Positions 34,936 through 36,660 of a stretch of DNA of 36,660 bases are shown here, in pieces. The notes under the pieces are model-generated. The model searched no databases and was not told the origin of the DNA. It saw only the letters and a program-made list of their open reading frames with translations. The stretch comes from Bdellovibrionota bacterium FG-2. GTDB taxonomy: Bacteria > Bdellovibrionota > UBA1018. Positions within the stretch are counted from its first letter, which is position 1. The number at the start of each line of letters is the position of its first letter. Location: positions 1 to 36,660 of the forward strand of contig JBBCAV010000133.1 in assembly GCA_051382305.1 (NCBI GenBank). The letters run 5' to 3'. Made by a program: the position numbers and the translations under genes.

Positions 34936-36198
34936 CTACTCCTTTTGCTTTTCAGCTAAGAAAGTAAAGGTATTCGAATTTGTACTCGGAAGAACCTTGC
35001 CCGCAAGCCTTGGGATCGTATCAAGTAGACCTTCGGCAATATTGTGCGCAAATTCTGCGCTAGGACTAGCCGATCCTGTTTGAGCGCCATCAGCGTCGAT
35101 TTTGATTTCGTAAAAATTCGGACATCCTTCGGAAGCGATAGAAAGGGTCCCCTTGATAAGATCCGGTCTCACCTTCTCAATACGGCACCCCACGGCACTG
35201 CGACTATCCAGGGGGTTCCACTGCACAATCTGAACGTTAAAATAGAGACTTTCTAAATCGGACTGAATCTCTTCCAAACTTCTGGCCCGATTTGGAATAT
35301 AAAGGGGAGCACTGGGGACGAGGGCCAGGCGAATTTTGAATTCTCCGAGGCTTGAGTGCAACGTGCCCTCATAAGTGCCGCGCACAGCCTGGTAGAATCG
35401 CTGACGCTTTAGGAGGTCCGCCTCCATCTGCCAGATATTTCTTGCAAGATCTTCATCGGTAATCGCGTTCGGGTAGGAAACGGGCGCAAGCTCACCTGTG
35501 ACCTTGCGAACGGAGAATCCATCAACCGCAGTGCGAATCGTCGTTTTGCGCTCTCCTATTAGTAGATTTACTTTGGATTTTGCTCCATCCAAAATATCTG
35601 AAGCAAGCTGGGCACTTGTCTCGGCAGCAACCTGCGCAGAATCGGCACGATCTGGGCTATCGGAAAGGGCGGCACTGGAGTTTGATGCTGCTGCGACCTG
35701 CAGGGAATATACACTGGCACAATTGGACGCAACAAGGTCAAGACGGCCTGATACAAGATCAGGGCGCACTTTTTCAAATGAGCACCCAAACACTAAGGGT
35801 CGAGAGGTACTCCATTGAACGACCTGAACATTGAGGTAAAGATTATTGAGATCCTCAGTAATCTCTTCAAGCGTCCTCAATCGAGCAGATTGATAAGGGG
35901 GAAGGTTCAGTGCAACGGTGAAGCGGACATTGATTTCTGGATCAATTTCCTGGCTGCTGTCGGAACTCATTTGTTGTTGGAATCTTCCTTCGAAAGTTCC
36001 AGTGACAGCTTGGTAAAAACGATAACGGCGGGTCAAATCCGCTTCCATTTCAGCAGCACGCTTTGTGAGATATCCATTCTCCGCATCAACCTGTTGTTGA
36101 CTCTGGAGATTGGAAATCTCTTTGATTTTGTCGTTACTTTTACTGGCATCACAGCCCGTTAGGATTGCGAGGACTACCAAAAACAATGTCCGCTTCAT
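34936..36198 (-). CDS. hypothetical lipoprotein with two tandem homologous domains
   Basis: Lipobox LTGC. Duplicated MEADL..R.RFYQAV.GT.EG...R.LEEI..DL..LY.NVQ.VQW...GC..EKVRPDL..G...C. Confidence 0.8.
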   Translation of the reverse strand: MKRTLFLVVLAILTGCDASKSNDKIKEISNLQSQQQVDAENGYLTKRAAEMEADLTRRYRFYQAVTGTFEGRFQQQMSSDSSQEIDPEINVRFTVALNLPPYQSARLRTLEEITEDLNNLYLNVQVVQWSTSRPLVFGCSFEKVRPDLVSGRLDLVASNCASVYSLQVAAASNSSAALSDSPDRADSAQVAAETSAQLASDILDGAKSKVNLLIGERKTTIRTAVDGFSVRKVTGELAPVSYPNAITDEDLARNIWQMEADLLKRQRFYQAVRGTYEGTLHSSLGEFKIRLALVPSAPLYIPNRARSLEEIQSDLESLYFNVQIVQWNPLDSRSAVGCRIEKVRPDLIKGTLSIASEGCPNFYEIKIDADGAQTGSASPSAEFAHNIAEGLLDTIPRLAGKVLPSTNSNTFTFLAEKQKE

Positions 36199-36232
36199 AT
36201 AACCGCCTTTTTACTTCTTAACCAAAAAACAA

Positions 36233-36610
36233 TTACTTCGTAATCAAGACCTCTTTAGAAAGAGTGTCGTCGACTCCGCCTGCAGATACCGTCGCATCAA
36301 ACTTCCAAGTGCCATTCATGCCGATGAAAACCTTCTTCTCGTAGGCGCCATCTTTCTCTTCGACGGGGCGATCAGGAGGACTCATTGTCATTCCTTTCAT
36401 GTCGTAAGCGACAGACACGGTTGCACCTGTGACACCTTGCTGATCAGTGTTAACAACCTTAAGCGTAAGGGTATTCCATCCGCGTTTAAGTTCAGACCAG
36501 TTTCCCGAAATGTCGTACGTTCCATTTGCGGTTGCGTCTGCAAAAGATAGGGTTTCTGACACCAAGGCGAGAGTGCCAAATATGGCAAGAGTTGAAATGA
36601 TGTGTTTCAT
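36233..36610 (-). CDS. exported YtkA/FixH-like Ig-fold protein
   Basis: Signal peptide, G.N.L.L.V...D...VTGATV.V..DM.GM.M...E..DG.Y......M.G.W. Confidence 0.75.
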   Translation of the reverse strand: MKHIISTLAIFGTLALVSETLSFADATANGTYDISGNWSELKRGWNTLTLKVVNTDQQGVTGATVSVAYDMKGMTMSPPDRPVEEKDGAYEKKVFIGMNGTWKFDATVSAGGVDDTLSKEVLITK

Positions 36611-36660
36611 AAGTTTCCTTTCATTGAGTTTTTGGGGTCCTTTGCGGCATCTGCTTGAGC

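Larger units (their letters stand above)
529..36660. mobile_element. putative genomic island / integrative element inserted at the ssrA 3' end (far boundary outside the window)
   Basis: Accessory gene content directly after ssrA (a known integration hotspot), arm-like repeats, mobile-element-type small genes, metal resistance cargo and truncated genes. No integrase or attR seen. Confidence 0.55.

Overview
The window opens with a complete tmRNA gene (ssrA, 172-528; tag peptide (A)DNNYAMAA). The remaining ~36 kb reads like cargo of an integrative element inserted at the ssrA 3' end. Integrase-arm-like 11-bp repeats follow the gene, then an XRE HTH gene, two small leftward hypotheticals behind a large folded non-coding element, and a structured intergenic region with a hidden 55-aa ORF. 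No integrase or second att copy is visible in this window. The most striking module (3607-10193) is one apparent operon behind a sigma54 (-24/-12) promoter. It encodes, in order, a stand-alone YcaO enzyme, a Sec-secreted 116-aa candidate precursor, an orphan family-5 peptide-binding protein with no ABC permease, a membrane histidine kinase, a sigma54-dependent (NtrC-type) response regulator and a nitroreductase. This layout suggests a RiPP-based, self-inducing peptide signalling (quorum-sensing-like) circuit, which is inference. From 10.2 kb onward lies a copper/silver-type metal resistance island: two CusCBA-like RND pumps, an ECF sigma factor with a Cys-containing membrane anti-sigma candidate, DUF3347, YHS, Met-rich and cytochrome c proteins, a P2A-type ATPase and a TolC/lipoprotein module. 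Five copies of a GTCACA-N16-CGTA promoter define the ECF regulon directly from sequence. Gene content suggests a diderm host, possibly Bdellovibrionota/Oligoflexia-like, but this is not verifiable here.
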